From positions 5,022,001 through 5,086,000 of the forward strand of contig NC_073408.1 in NCBI RefSeq assembly GCF_028641065.1: a stretch of 64,000 bases of DNA. The letters run 5' to 3'. The stretch's first letter is position 1. Every line of letters begins with the position of its first letter. Below, piece after piece: positions 35,474 through 49,939 of this stretch. The notes under the pieces were generated by a model. The model saw nothing but the letters and a program-made list of their open reading frames with translations, ran no database searches and had not been told where the DNA came from. The DNA comes from Leucoraja erinacea (lineage: Eukaryota). A program made the translations under genes and the position numbers.

Positions 35474-38089
35474 GTAAGTGAGGGCAACTACAGGACCGGA
35501 CAGGACAGGACAGGGCCGGACCGGGCCGGGCCGGGCTTTCACGGTGACTGTGGCCACGGTCGGGGACGGGGACGGGGAAAGGGGAATTGCTCTGTATTTG
35601 GTGCTTCGCTCCGGAGCGCGGATCTTTGCGCCGTTACTTAGCCCCGCTGTAGTCCGAGCTGTCTTCCCCGCCTTCCCCTCGCTGAGAATTTGTGCAGCCA
35701 CAACTTATGTTAAATTTCACTCTAAACCTTGTACCCTTTACAATGCCCCCGAATAAGGGTCTCCACCCGAAACGTCACTCATTCCTTCTCTCCGGAGATG
35801 CTGCCTGTCCCGCTGAGTTAGTTACTCCAGTATTTTGTGACTGTCCCTATTACACAGTCTGCCCTCGCACTCCGGGCGGACTGCGTACAGGTTGTTGCAT
35901 TTTAAAGGGTGCAGAGTTTAAAGTATAACTTAACACAATTTATTGCAATCTTATTCCAGCGCAAGCAGCTTAACATAACTCGTTGCAAAGTTTGACACAA
36001 AAAGCTGGAGTAACTCAGTGGGACAGGAATGGATGAAGATTCAGGTCGAGACCCGTCACCCATTCCTTCTCCCCAGAGATGCTGCCTGTCCCGCTGAGTT
36101 ACTCCAGCATTTTGTGTCTATCTTCAGTTTAAATCAGCATCTGCAGTTCCTTCCTACATATTTCGTTGCAAAGTTATTCTTGTTCAAGCAGTAAGGGTAA
36201 ATCTACTTAACAAATGTTGTAGGAACTCGTTGTCAAACCAGTTGATGTGATGACATTGAGTGATTTACTCATAGTGTTGTGATGTTGAAGGGTGTCTGTC
36301 GTTCAGCTGCAGTTAAGTGTTGTGGATGCTGTCAAACTGCTGGTGAAATGTTGGAATAGGTACATTGGCACCCAGGTATGTAGTTGCCGTGCTTAGACGT
36401 AACATAATCATTTTTGGATGCATTTCTGGATGGAAACTGGCTGCTGCTGGCTGAGGGCCAGTTGTCGTTGAAGCAAATTTAACCTCTGCATATTCTCAAT
36501 GAGGTTAGAGTCATAGAGTAATACTGTGTGGAAACAGGCCCATCGGCCCACCTTGCCCACCACGACCAACATGTCCCAGCTACGCTAGTCCCACCTGCCT
36601 GTGTTTGGCCCATATCCCTCCATCCTGTTCTATCCATGTACCTGTCTAACTGTTTCTTAAATGCTGGGATAGTCCTTACCTCAAGTACGAGAGTAGACTG
36701 TATAAGACTTTGAATCTGTGGAATTCTCTGCCCAGAAGGCAGTGGAGGCCAATTCACTGGATGTTTTCAAGAGAGAGATAGATATAGCTCTTTGGGCTAA
36801 TGGAATCAAGGGATATGGGCAGAAAGCAGGAGTAGGATACTGATTTTGGATGATCAGCCATAATCATATTGAATGGCGGTGCTGGCTCGAAGGGCCGCAT
36901 GGCCTACTCCTACACCTATTATCGATGTTTCTAAGATGCTGCATTTTGCAAACGGAAACTCATTGTGCAATGAGTTGCCTGTTTTCTGAGCTTGTAATCT
37001 TAAATGCCTATCGGCTGGGGAGCTTTCTTGATGCAAGGGTCATTTGTGCTGCCGAGAAGAAAACTGAAAATGTTTGAATTTCAATGAAGTAAATCTCAAT
37101 TTAAATGTAGTAATCTTAAATTACTTTTGTGGTTTTATGAATTGTCCGTATCAGTGGAACTGTCACAAACTTTGTCACAGTGCATTGTCACAATTTTTTT
37201 TTGCTGCTTTTTATTCAGATTAAAAAATATATAAACTTAAAGTGCGTGTGACGCCTACAATTAGGGATCTTAAAGTACCAAAAGGGGTGCCGCCCTGGCT
37301 TTGACTTTTAATTCCTCAATATTTATAGTTCACTTATCTTTCCTTGCAAAACACCCTTTCATATGTTTCCTGTTTTATGTCTCCTCTGTACTACTATTTC
37401 TTTTAACTATACTGTTTATACATAGAAATCTGCTGTTCAATTTCAGTTTGATCTCTGATACCATTTGCTCGAGAGTCAGATAAAGCTCTGATTTGAAATG
37501 TGCGCCATAATATGTCCATATATGACCGAGATTTCCTAATACTGCGAGTAGAATTTCAGTGTAAACAGTTCTCATGTGTGGGGATACTCAGCAGGTCAAG
37601 CAGCATGTGCAGAGAAAAAGCTAACCTGAAATGTTCATTCTGACATTACAAATTATCCTTCTGTATTATAATTTCATCTTATTATTCTTATTATCTGAGA
37701 TTTCAATTGTGAACAGTGACTTTATCTACTTGATCAAAGACTGCTGTCTCTGTCGTGGACATTGGATTTTTTTCTCTGTAACGATGCTAAAATGATGAAA
37801 AACTACTGTATTTTCTAAAGTCTGGTGTTTTTCCATTTGCCTGTTGTATTTGTGGATTGCAGTAATGTATGGTATTATCTGATTTAATTGGATTGCATGC
37901 TTTTCACAGTATCTCAGTATATCTGACAATAATAAACCAATGCCAATATATTCATAGATGCTACAAAAGTGATTAACAGATGTGAATGACTTGGCTAGGA
38001 TTGATCATAAGCATTCTGCATCATGGAATCTCACAACATCCACACTGATCAGCAGACACCATTTGGTATTTTTTCAGCCTTTTATGCCT

Positions 38090-39960
38090 AAGGAATTCAA
38101 AACGTACATTTCGACACTTCTTAAATGCCATCAGCAACCTAGCTTCTAGTACTATCTGGAGCAGAATGTATATTGGAGGGTGCTTATCATATCATCTTTA
38201 AATCTCCTCCCTACCCCCTCCCAGAACCCTCTTCCTTCCCTTAAATCGAGGTCCTCTGGTTTTAGCTACCTCTGAAAGGGGAAATGTTTCCTGCAATCTA
38301 CTCTATGTATATTCCTCATAATTTTAAATATCTCTATCATGTCCCATTTTTAACCTCCTCTGCTCCAGACCTAGCTTCTCCAATCACTCCTCATAACTGA
38401 TCTCCTCCATCCCAGGCAATGTCCTGGTGAATCTCCTCTCTGGAGCTGCCACATCTTTCCTATGGGACAGTGACCTGGACTGCATGCAGCACTCTGACTG
38501 AGGTTTGACTAAGGTTTTTTGGAGTTGGAGCAAAACCTCACTACTTCTGAATCCAGTGCCCCAATTATGTCCAATAACCCAAATGCTTTCCTAACTACGT
38601 TATCTACCTGTGTTACCTCTTTCAATGATCTATGGACTTGTACACCAAAGCCTTTTAGTTCCTCAATAATACTCCTAAAGACCCAACCATTCACAATGTA
38701 TGTTCTAGCCTCATTTGGCATAATCTCCATTTACCTTTTTTTTCAGTTCATTTCCCCAACACATCCGTATCTTTCTGCAGCTTAAGACTGCTTCCACGGT
38801 ATCAACAACTCTACCGATTTTTGACATCCGTGAACTTACAGTTTTTGCCGCCTAATTCCATATTCATGTTTATTATAAATAGCACTGATCCTTCTGGACA
38901 CCACTAGCAGAGGCAAACACAACCCTCTACCATCACTCGTGGGCTTCTAATGCCAAGCCAACTTTAGATCCAGTTTGCCAACTTGTCCTACATCCCATGA
39001 GCTGTAATCTTTTGAGCCAGCCTCCCATGTGGGACCTTGTCACTGGTCTTACTGAAGCCCAATCTACGTATTGAATCTTCACATTTATCTTCAACCTTTC
39101 TGTCAGTGATTTTCCATGACCCGTTGTAGCATTCCTAATTTCTTTTAGCTGCTTCCCTACACTTTTTTTAATATTCTTGACAGCTTCCCTCTTCATTAAT
39201 CCCTGATGCTTGACACGTGTTTCCTTTTTTCTTTTATCCGCCCTCAATATCCCTCGACATCTCTATTGTTCCTTATACCTTTTGCTCTTAAAGGAAAGTG
39301 CTGGCCTTGAACTCTTCTACATGTTCTTCTTTGAATGGTTCCCATCATGCAGATGTAGACTTCCTGCAAGCCCATGCAGCAAATCTATCTTTGTCAGAGC
39401 CTCCTTAATGTTAACGAAACTAGTCCATCCCTATCCTTTTCCATTACCACTTTATAATATACAAGAGTTCTAGTCGCTATCTCCAAAATGTTCCAACACA
39501 GACACTCCCTCCATTTCAGTAATTGCATTCCCAAGATAAGGTGCAGTAATGCTCCTTCCCTTGTTGGTCCATCCACATTCTGCATCAATAAGCTTCTCTG
39601 AACGTGTCTCAATAATTCTGTCCCCTTTGAGCTTTAACAACGTCAATCCCAGTTAATATTCTGGAAAATGAAAATTTCCAATATGGTGGCCCTACTTTTA
39701 ATGTAACTCTGTTTGCCTACATACATTCTTCTGCCACCTGTTGATACCTGTAGCAAAATGATAACACTCTTTTAGTTTCAAATCTCTGCCTGTGTGGCCT
39801 CGTTGAGGAGCTTTCTCGGATATCATCTCTCAAAACTGAGGTAATGCAATGCTTTATGAACCTCCTGCCATTTTTATCTTGTTGTCTTGCCTAAAAATTC
39901 TGTACCCTGTGGTATTGAGTTGCTGGTCCTATCTGCCCTGTAGCCATGTCTTAGTGATGG
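38090..39960 (-). mobile_element. old CR1-type LINE remnant
   Basis: GVQVHRSLK..TQVD.VV.KAFG and PTREGALLHLIL remnants on the minus strand. Confidence 0.7.
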
Positions 39961-42900
39961 CAATAATGTTGTTAAATGTGCCGTTTCTTAATAGTTGTTA
40001 ACTCTTATGATGATTGATAATCTTTTTTGATGAATAATATGTGCCCAAATAAGAAATTGAACTTTCTGTGGTTATGGAATTCCCACCATCAGCCACAAAG
40101 GAAAGGCAATACAAAACATGCAAGCAGTTCCCAACATCCTTAATTGGCATCATTGTGGCAGGAAGTCAATTGCATTCAGTTTGTGTAAACTATCGTCATT
40201 GGGATTAAAGGAAACACTGATGAAAGATGCGCCGTTATTTGTTTTGCACGGTATTGATGACTTTTTGAGATCTTCAAATGCAGACAGTTATTTTGCTGAT
40301 TGGGATCTTGGTCTGGCCATTCATTTAACCCATTCAGTGGTAAGGCACAACTACCTGATTTGTTGTAAGCTGCATGCAGAAAAATTGATTGAAGTTTATA
40401 TCTCATTCGTAATTTGGAGGCAGTTATTTAAAGCTCTGGAGAGTAGGGACATATTTATGCAGATGGTGATAAATAGCTAATTCTTTACCTCGGTGTGTTA
40501 TAGGGGCTAGACCATTAGGCAGATTTTCAGAGTAAGTAGGTAAAGTTTCAAAAGATCAGGAAATTGAGGACTGGCACAGAAGAACACAAAGCCTGGAGCC
40601 GATCAGCCATGATTATATTGAATGACGGCACAAGCCTGGAGGGCGGTGTGGCTCATTCCTGTTTTCTTATATTTCTGTGAACAAATAATTCACCGACCTT
40701 TGTGTTGTTTGTGTGAAATATTGTTTTTAATAATTCATAACTGTAAAGTAACATCATTTGTTTCAATGGTCTGTTTATTTATGTGAACATCACAGTTTTC
40801 AGAATCTACAATAAGAAAAATCATATGTGCTTCCAGCATTACTGAAGTAATCTACACTGACAATTCTAATTTAGTTTAGTTAGCTTAGAGATACAGTGCG
40901 GAAACAGGCCCTTCGGCCTTCCGAGTACACACCAACCAGTGATCCCCGCACATCAATGCTATCCTACACAGACATCAGGGACAATTTATATTCATACCAA
41001 GCAAATTAGCCCTCAAACCTGTACGTCTTTGGAGTGTGGGAAGGAATCGGAGAAAATCCACGCAAGTCACCCATCTGACCCATATAAATTCACTGAGAAA
41101 AGCAAAGGTACAGCCCCCTTAGTCAGGATTGAACCCGGGACTCTGGCACTGTAAGCGCTGCAAGGCAGTACCGCTGTACCGTCCACCCTCGCCACCATGT
41201 TCAGTAATAGCCAACAGAAAATCATAAATTTTTGATGTTATGATGAAGTGTTTTTGTAAAGATGCAGTTGTAAAGTGGGACCTCTGATGCTTCACCTCAG
41301 CACATCCTGCATTCACATAATTAATGGATCACTGTAAGAGAGGTGGTGCATTCAGGCTAAAAATGCTTCAACTAAAACCCTGTAGTTTATTTCTGTCCCA
41401 CTTAATACTCTCCCACAGAACAACAATAATCCTGATTAAAGTAGTTAACATTAAAACAGTCCCAAGTGAGTGCACTTAAAGCTTAATGGGATGTTGCAAT
41501 TCATCGAAGATGTCCATGTGTAATTTTGTGTAATTCATAATGACTGAAAACAAGATTATTTTATTTTGTGTGGTGGTGGGCAGCAACCTGGAAGGATTAA
41601 AATTATAGATTTGAGTGCTGTTACTTTGCAATTTGATTTAATCATTTTGCACATAGATATCTTTGTGCCTGGAAAATATTTTCTTCATGAAGGGAATGTA
41701 GAGAAATCCATGCACAGCTTGTGTATATTAGACACTAGTTATGTGACAGCATCTCAATGGACAAAGTGGTCTTTGTTCTCAGAACAAGGCACTGATCATG
41801 CTGCTAATTCCTCAACAAACAACTTTTTTATTTTGAACAATAATAGCTTGTAAGAAAGCAAGATCACAACTAGATGAGTACAAATAACCCATACTTTTAG
41901 ATCTGACCCATATAAATTCACTGAGAAAAGTAAAGGTTCCCATCATTTTTTTTTGCATATTCTCAAAAATTATATAAATCGTGCTTCGGATTGCAACATT
42001 TCATAGAGCCATAGAAACAGTGGTTGATATACTGGGTTAAAGAACTAACAGGTTCATACCCCATTGCAGCAGTTGTTTATTTTTAATCAGGGTAATGCAC
42101 TTGGTAGAGATTTTGCAGCATTTCCAGCAACCCAAGTTCAATCCTGACCGCCGATGCCAACTGTGTGGAGTTTGCATGTTCTTGAAAGTTCTGCCCTCTT
42201 TCACTGCTCCCCCTCTTAATTTCTCCTGCTCTCCAGCTCTATGACCATTGTCTGCTTTGATCTGTCCTTTTCACACCTTACATGCACTTTGTACCCTTCC
42301 ATATCTCTGGTTTCCCTCTCTCTGACACCACCCATTCCTTCTCTCCAGAGATGCTGCCTGTCCCACTGAGTTACTCCAGCATTTTGTGTCTATGTTAAGT
42401 CTTTAACATTGTTAAAGATTGTTACATACACATCCCATTAGAAGTAATTAGCCCAGTGAAGGAAAGCAGTTTTTAACACGGGTTACATGCCCTTCACATG
42501 CAACTTTTGTTGGAGGCAAAAGATTGCTGCCACAACTGTTTTCATGTGTCCAGATGGTGATCAGAATTGCGTACATTTCCACCATGGATTACATAACTGA
42601 TCCTGTGAGCTCCAGAGGACAAATGAGAACATGAAGAAAGAATCGGGAGGCAAAAAACCTTTGTAAGAGGATATTTCAGGAGAAGGGGAAGAAGAAGGTG
42701 CTCTAATTCAAAACATTTTCCCTGCCTACCCCAATTGCTCAGGGAACCACATTACAAAACATCAATCTATTCGTGAAGAAGAGTCTCCACGTGAAACATC
42801 ACCCAATCCTTCTCTCCAGAGAAGCTGCCTGTCCCGCTGAGTTACTCCAGCATTTTGTGTCAAACTGTTCGAGAGGATATGTTAAGAAAATGTAGCTTGG

Positions 42901-45900
42901 GCGCCTTGTAAGAGTCTCAGCAACAATGTCATGTAATTGCTCATTCAGACTCGCAGGCGATTAAATCTGCTATCTTGAGTGCTAACGGTGAAATCAGTGT
43001 GCTACACGTATTAGTGCTGCATGAGGAGGCTGCTGAGAGACTTCAGGGATTTAGGCAACCTAATGGAATGGACAAGAGTAGATGTAATGTAGGGGAAAAA
43101 AATTAGGTCATCACTTTGGTATTAAATTTAAAAAACAGAGTATTTTTTAAGTGGTGACACATTGAAAAGCATTTGTATTTGGAGGGACATGAATGTCCTT
43201 CTACACCAATCTCAAAGCTAACACGTTTCAGCAAGTAATTAGGAAGGCATACAGTACACTTGCCTTATTCCTGGAGGAATGGAGTACAAGAGTAGAGGTG
43301 TAACTCCACACCATCTGGAGCATTGTGTATAGGTCTGGTCTCTGTATACGATGAAGGATATACTGTGCTAATTCGAGAGTGCAGTAAATGTTGCCCAGAT
43401 TGATTCTGGGGATTATGGTTTAGTCTTGATCAGAGAGATTAGCAGCCTAAGGATGTTTTCTCGAGTTTAGAAAAATGAAAATTAAGGACTCAGCATTGAA
43501 ATGGGCAAAATTCTAAGCAAATTGAGGAATACGAGTCCATGAAGGAAATTGGTGCTGAGGGAAAATATCATCCGTATTCTTATTGAATAGTGGAACAGGC
43601 GTATGAGGCAAAATAATGTCCTTCTGCTTCTATTCCTTGTGATCCTTTGTTCTAAAGTATGCTTCATTAAAACCAGGGCAACAGATGCAGATCCTCTTTG
43701 TTATACCATCTGAGTGCAGATTTTTAAGGGGGGAATAAATTTGTGAATCAGGAAGAAATATTTGGTATTGGAAAGCAATCTAATTTGCAATGTTAAGTTT
43801 TAACATTGCAAATCATTGTGGATCATTTATATTCTGGATGCTAACCCTTGATTTATAATATGTGAACTAAAATTTGTGCCATCAAAATTTAGATTTAGTT
43901 ACAGTCGATGAGATGTTTATATTATTTATATTAGAGTTTATATGATAGTTTTGTTTATATTAAAAATTGCATTACAGATTTTCTCAGTGAAGAAATAATG
44001 ACTGACTTTATAGTATTTGGTGTATGGGACTCCTCAGTTGTGGAAGACATGACTACAGTAATGGAGTTTTTTAACGTATTTTTCAAGACTGAAAAGTTAG
44101 TTACCAAAATACAAGCATCTTGAGAAATTACACTATAGGGTAACAGTTAGTTAATTCAAAGGACATTCAGTTTACATGTAATCTCCTTGCAATAATTAGA
44201 AATGTTGTCTTCAGGAATGCATCTGCTGATGCACAATGGGAGGCCACAAATGCAATTTGCTTTGGAAACTGACAAGTCAAATCTCTCCTTTTGACACTTG
44301 CAAAATACTTACCTAACAATGTTAATATACACTGATACCTTAGGTACATCAAACATAACCAGGCCATTCCAACTCTGATACAGAGAAACTACAGATGGGG
44401 AGAGCAGTCTGATTGATCCTCTTGAAATAGTTTCCTCCTGATTTACAGACTGTTCTCAGGAACGGAACCTTGTGTAATCTGGGGACTGCCTGCATGTATA
44501 CAGGATGATACAATCATAGAAAATGGGAGCATCAGTAGGTATTGGCCTCAACTCCAGTATCCTGCCTGTTCTCCAGAACCCTAGATATGTATTTTATTCA
44601 AAAATCTTTAAATAAAAGAAAAACACCTGGCAGATAAGTGAAAATGCTGGAATCATCAGACTGTAATATCCATAAGAGTTTCTATGTTAGAATGAGAACA
44701 CCTCATATTATGTAGGAAGGAACTGCAGATGCTGGTTTAAATCGAAGATAGACACAAAAAGCTGGAGTAACTCAGTGGGTCAGCCAACAACTCTGGAGAA
44801 AAGGAATGTGACGTTTTGGGTCAAGACCCTTCTTTTGAAGATCCAAGTCTCGATCCAAAACGTCACCCATTCCTTTTCTCTAGAGATGCTGTCTGAGCCG
44901 CGTGTGTCTTCTTTGTGTCATACCCCTTATATTCTCTTGAGTATGGAAGAAATGACCCATGCTGCTTGATCTCTCCTTTTAGGGCAAAGTCCCCCATTCC
45001 CCCTCCATTTCAGGAATCAAATTTATGTTTGGCTTTTACAGTGAGTTCTAGGGTGGGGACACAACTAAGAAACTGACAAATCATGTTGAGTCATTTGTTT
45101 TTCAATTATTTTTAGGTTTTTTTGTAAATAGAGCCAAGATTTAATAATCAAAACAGATCCATTGTACTTGGTGTGAATTTCTTCAAACTTTTGCACAATC
45201 AGCACAGCTGCAACAGGGAGATACAAATCCCAGCAGTTCCTGTACAGGCTATATCCTGGCTTTGTGCGCAGGATAATAGAGAGTCTGTCTCAGCCAAAAA
45301 TTAATTCATGATTGATATACAAAGTCTGATCCTGCATTTAATATTGTTCAACGCTGAAGCTGTTTTTCTTTTGCATCCCATTTTCCTGATGTAACCATCC
45401 TTTCAAGCTTGTAAAACGCAGATTTGTTGAGCGTGATTGGACAGGAAAATGTGAAGTAATTTACTTGCCCCCTTTACTGACGTAAAGTTTGTATGAACCT
45501 TTGAAAAATTACTTGAAACTTAATGGGACAGCAAAGTGGTAAACAAAGATTTGAAAAATACGCTGCTGATGCTGGAAATCTAAAATAAAAACAGAAAATG
45601 CTGGAAGTACTCGGCAAGTCAGGTACATCTGTGGAACAAAGCGACATCTATGTTTCAGTTTGCACAATCCTTCGAATGAAATTTTGGCTGTTTCTCTTCC
45701 CACAGATGCTGCCTGACCTGCATTTTTTTCCAGTGTTTTTTTAGGTAATTAGTAAATTAATTCATTTTGAAATAAAATTATAGACAATCGATGGGAGATA
45801 GCAATTCAGGTAACATTTATTCATTCCATTCCTCTTGAGTTTCGGTGGACATTGCCTTCTATGAAGTGGGAAATCTATCATTGATAGGAAAGAATACAGG

Positions 45901-46537
45901 ATGCGTCCATCCTTGAGGTAGTAAAATGTCAGGATTTGATTGAATCATGAAAAAAACAGAACTGCAGATACTGGTTAATACACAAAACAACACAAAATGC
46001 TGGAGAAACTCAGAAGGATCTTGACCCGAAACGCCTCTTATCCATCTTCTCCAGAGATGCCGGCTGACCTCCTGAGTTACTCCAGCACTTTGTGTCCTTT
46101 TAATTGAATCATGTTTAATTCCAATAATAAGAAATAACTTTGAAAAGTCATTATTTTTTTAAATTCCTCCACGTGGATAGGGCATGAATAGGCAGGAAAA
46201 GTGTGGGCTTATTACTGTTTAATGTTGAGTTTTGATAGGCAGCTGGATGTTTTGCTACAGTCAAAGAAATAGAACAGGCATTAGTCAACTGTGGATGCCG
46301 GGGGGTGGAGGGAGGGAGACTGTTGCAGCCCTCTTGAGGGAGAAAGATAATTCATGGCCTCTAGAGATATTAAGGCCCAAGCTGCATTATGTGGAGAAAT
46401 TGATCAGGATGAGTTTTGCTTTTAATTTCATCGTGACTACACTGGAGAACGTGAAAGGAGAATTATAATTGTGGATAATGCAAAAAGCTGGTGTATCTCA
46501 GTGGGACAGGCAGCATCTCTGGAGAGAAGGAACGGGT

Positions 46538-46565
46538 GACGTTTCAGATCGAGACCCTTCTTCAG
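46538..46565 (-). ncRNA. minimal type I hammerhead ribozyme motif (PLE-associated)
   Basis: minus strand CUGAAGA-A-GGGUC(UC)GAUCU-GAAA-C-G-UC. Confidence 0.55.
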
Positions 46566-49500
46566 CCTAGTCTGTAATTGTATTTTTTAATTAAAGTTTA
46601 ACTCATTTATATAGTGCTGTAGAATGGGGTTAGCAGTCACATGGGTCAAAAACACTGGGATGTGCCTATGCTCAAGGCAAGTGTTAAAACATTGGTCTGA
46701 AGCAATTGATAATGATGAGAATTTTATGAATCTGGTGAGGATATCACGGATTGTGATTTGGTGTTGTTTGTGTTTGTTGGTTACTTGTTAGTGCAATGAA
46801 ATTGACTGGATGAGGTCATAAGGGATGGGAGAAGAATTAGACCATTTGGCCCATCAAGTCTACTCTTCCATTCAGTAATGGCTGATCTATCTTTCCCTCC
46901 TAACCCCATTCTCCTGCCTTCTCCCCATAACCTCTGACACTTGTACTAATCAAAAATTAGGCTTGATAAGGCATCTTCTCCCAGCTCGGTGAAGCTGAAT
47001 GGTTAGTATCAAGCCTAATTCTTGATTAGTAAAGGGTGAATGGCCAGGGTGTCAGGCATCCTTGATAATACTTCCATCTGTAAAAGACTGAGGTATGTTC
47101 AGCATTCTCTGTGGGGTCAGGAGGTTCTTGTGTATCTGGACCAGATCCAATGACTATTTGTCCCTGGGAATGGTGACTCCAGTCGGATGTTGTGTACTTT
47201 AAACCAAGGTCGCAGAATAACCTAAAGTACTCTAACGGAAGCCAAGGTGAACACAACAAGCTGGAGTAACTCAGCGGGTCAGACAGCTTCTCTGGAGAAA
47301 AGGAACAGGTGACGTTTCTAGTCGAGACACTTCTTCAGACTCAACCCGAAACGTCACCTATTCCTTTTCTCCAGAGATGCTGTCTGAGCCGCTGAGTTAC
47401 TCCACCTTTGTGTCTATCTTCGGTTTAAACCAGCATTTGCAGATCCTTCTTAGACAAAGCCAAGGTTGTGGCTCCCTCTCCATTTAAAGCTTGGAAACAT
47501 TTAAAAACAATTTTTAAACATCCTTGATTGAATATATTTTTTAAACTTCATAATATCTAATGGTTAAAAATATCTTGGCAATAAAGTGAATAACAATTAT
47601 AATGTTGACATAATGTGAAATACTACTTTTCCCTCAATTCCAAGTCAGAATTTCCCATTCAAGATTCCAAGCTAATGCCTGGTCTGCTTGGCTTAGGATC
47701 ACAGAGGTGGTTTCCTCAGCTTGTTTAGGCACTGCTGTTGCCTGCACGTTGTGTCCACCAGTGGAACAAAGTGGCAGATGTACGAGCATCTGTTACTCAG
47801 CTTAGCCCAGACTTACTTACCCAGGAGCAGCTGATTGCTTTTGTTTCCCTTCACAACCATTAGTACAATCCAATCAAATATCCAAGATAATCAAAGTAAA
47901 ACTGTTTTGGAATTTGTTTGCTACTGATTCAGGATGGGTTTAGGAACTCTAAGGACCACATTTAGAGTGTTTTCTGGCATTTACCTTTGCTTGCTGGGTT
48001 TTGTAAACTGCCAACAATCATTGAAATTAATCATTAGATGCTGGATGGTTTCTGCTTATAACGACAAACAATCATAGAATTTTTTAATTTTAAGGGGAAA
48101 AAAAGTACTTCAATAGTCTTAGTGTTTAAGAAGGAACTGCAGATGCTGGAAAATCAAAGGCACACAAAAATGCTGGAGAAACTCAGCGGGTGCAGCAGCA
48201 TCTATGGAGCGAAGGAAATAGGCAACGTTTCTGGCCGAAACGTTGCCGATTTCCTTCGCTCCATAGATGCTGCTGCACCCGCTGAGTTTCTCCAGCATTT
48301 TTGTGTACCTTCAATAGTCTTAGTTTAGTTTATGTTTAGTTTGGAGGTACAAGGTGGAAATGGGCCCTTTGGCCCACTGAGTCAGCGATGATCAGCAATC
48401 ATCCGTGCTCTAGTCTATCCTACACACTAGGGACAATGTACAGAAACTAATTAACCTATAAACCTGCACATCTTTGGGATGTGGGAGGAAACGCCTGGAG
48501 GAAACCTACGCGGTCACAAGGAATATATCCAAATTCCATACAGACAGCACCCATTGTCAGAATTGAACCTGGTCCCTGTAAGGCAGCAACTCTGCTGCTG
48601 TGGAGCCTTTTATTGAAAATTGTTTCTATTATGTTAATAATTAGAAGGAAAATTGTCTCTTTATTAAAAGTAGATACTATGATCACAAATATTTTGATGT
48701 AATAATGCAAATAACTAAGAAATCATGATGTAAGGAGATCTACCTTCCTTTCAAACACCCAAGCTGTAGATTTTATCACAGTAGAAGCCGGAATATCAAT
48801 TTCAAAAAGCACGTAGCTTTTAGGGTACATTTCCAACCCTTGTGTTAATGGCGAGAAAAATATTGAGCAATTTGTGCCTGATTTTATATAGTATTCTTAT
48901 TCCCTACTGATTAACATAGATATTCAGGAAGTCTTTGATAAAGATTCGTAAGGAAAGGCAGCTGCAGAAGTTGAACATCTAAATCATACGAAGGGAAGGA
49001 AGTAGCAGGAAGGAAACTGTGATTCTCATTAAGATGATTGGGTTGAGGCATTTATTAAGTGGAGTGCCTGAGGGATACACGCTGGAGTGCCATTTCCACT
49101 CGCAGAATTACAAGAAATGGAAGCAGATGTAGGCAATTTGGCTCCTCGTGTCTGTTTCTGCCATTCAATATTATCCACTTCTGGCAAACCTTTTACATCA
49201 CTGCCATTTCCCTACATTGATCTTGTGGGCCTTGAACTATGGCTTTACAGTCACCTCTTAGCAAAGGCAGACAAGAAGTTTGAAAGTTGCTATGAACTTC
49301 AATGTGTAAGCACAGGCTTTGGTCAGTTGAAGGAATGGATAAGTGAAGATAGAAATATCCAATATGACACCTATGGTCTACCAAACAGTAGTAATCCATG
49401 CTCTCCTATACACCTGGACTACACCAGGTCTCAGAGGTTATGGGGAGAATGGGGTTAGGGAGAGGTAGATCAGCCACGGTTGAATGGTGGCGTAGTCTTA

Positions 49501-49939
49501 ATGGGCCAAATGGCCTAATTCTACTCCTATCCCTTATGACCTTATGACTATTATAGCAGACATATAAGACACTGAAAAAATACCTCACACATCCCAAAAA
49601 ATGCACAGGTTGGTAGGTTAATTGTTCTCCCTGTAGTCTTGTGGTGTTTCCTCCAGGTGCTCCGGTTTCCTCCCACATCCCCAAGACATGTAGGTTGGGA
49701 GGTTAATTGGCATCTTGTGTGCAGTGTGATAGAATCTGGGAAAAGTTGATGAGCATGTGGAGAGAATAAAAGTAATGGGATTTACTGTACATGGGTGGTT
49801 AATGATCAGTGCATTCAGTGGGCTGATGGGCCTGTTTCCGTGCTGTGTCTCTCTCTCTTTGACACTACTGCCTCTCCACTGACAAATTTTGAAGTTTTTA
49901 ATGAAAAATGCTAAAGCAAGGTTGCTGGGAATCCTCATG

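Noticed and set aside
34163-35701. Repetitive ORFs up to 335 aa (HGNGGPAPWQRG repeats)
   Set aside because: Translations of the 22-bp minisatellite, open in several frames on both strands
44014-44075. Candidate JAM exon 2 (VFGVWDSSVVEDMTTVMEFFN)
   Set aside because: Donor is in the wrong phase; 61826-61891 fits size, phase and motif better
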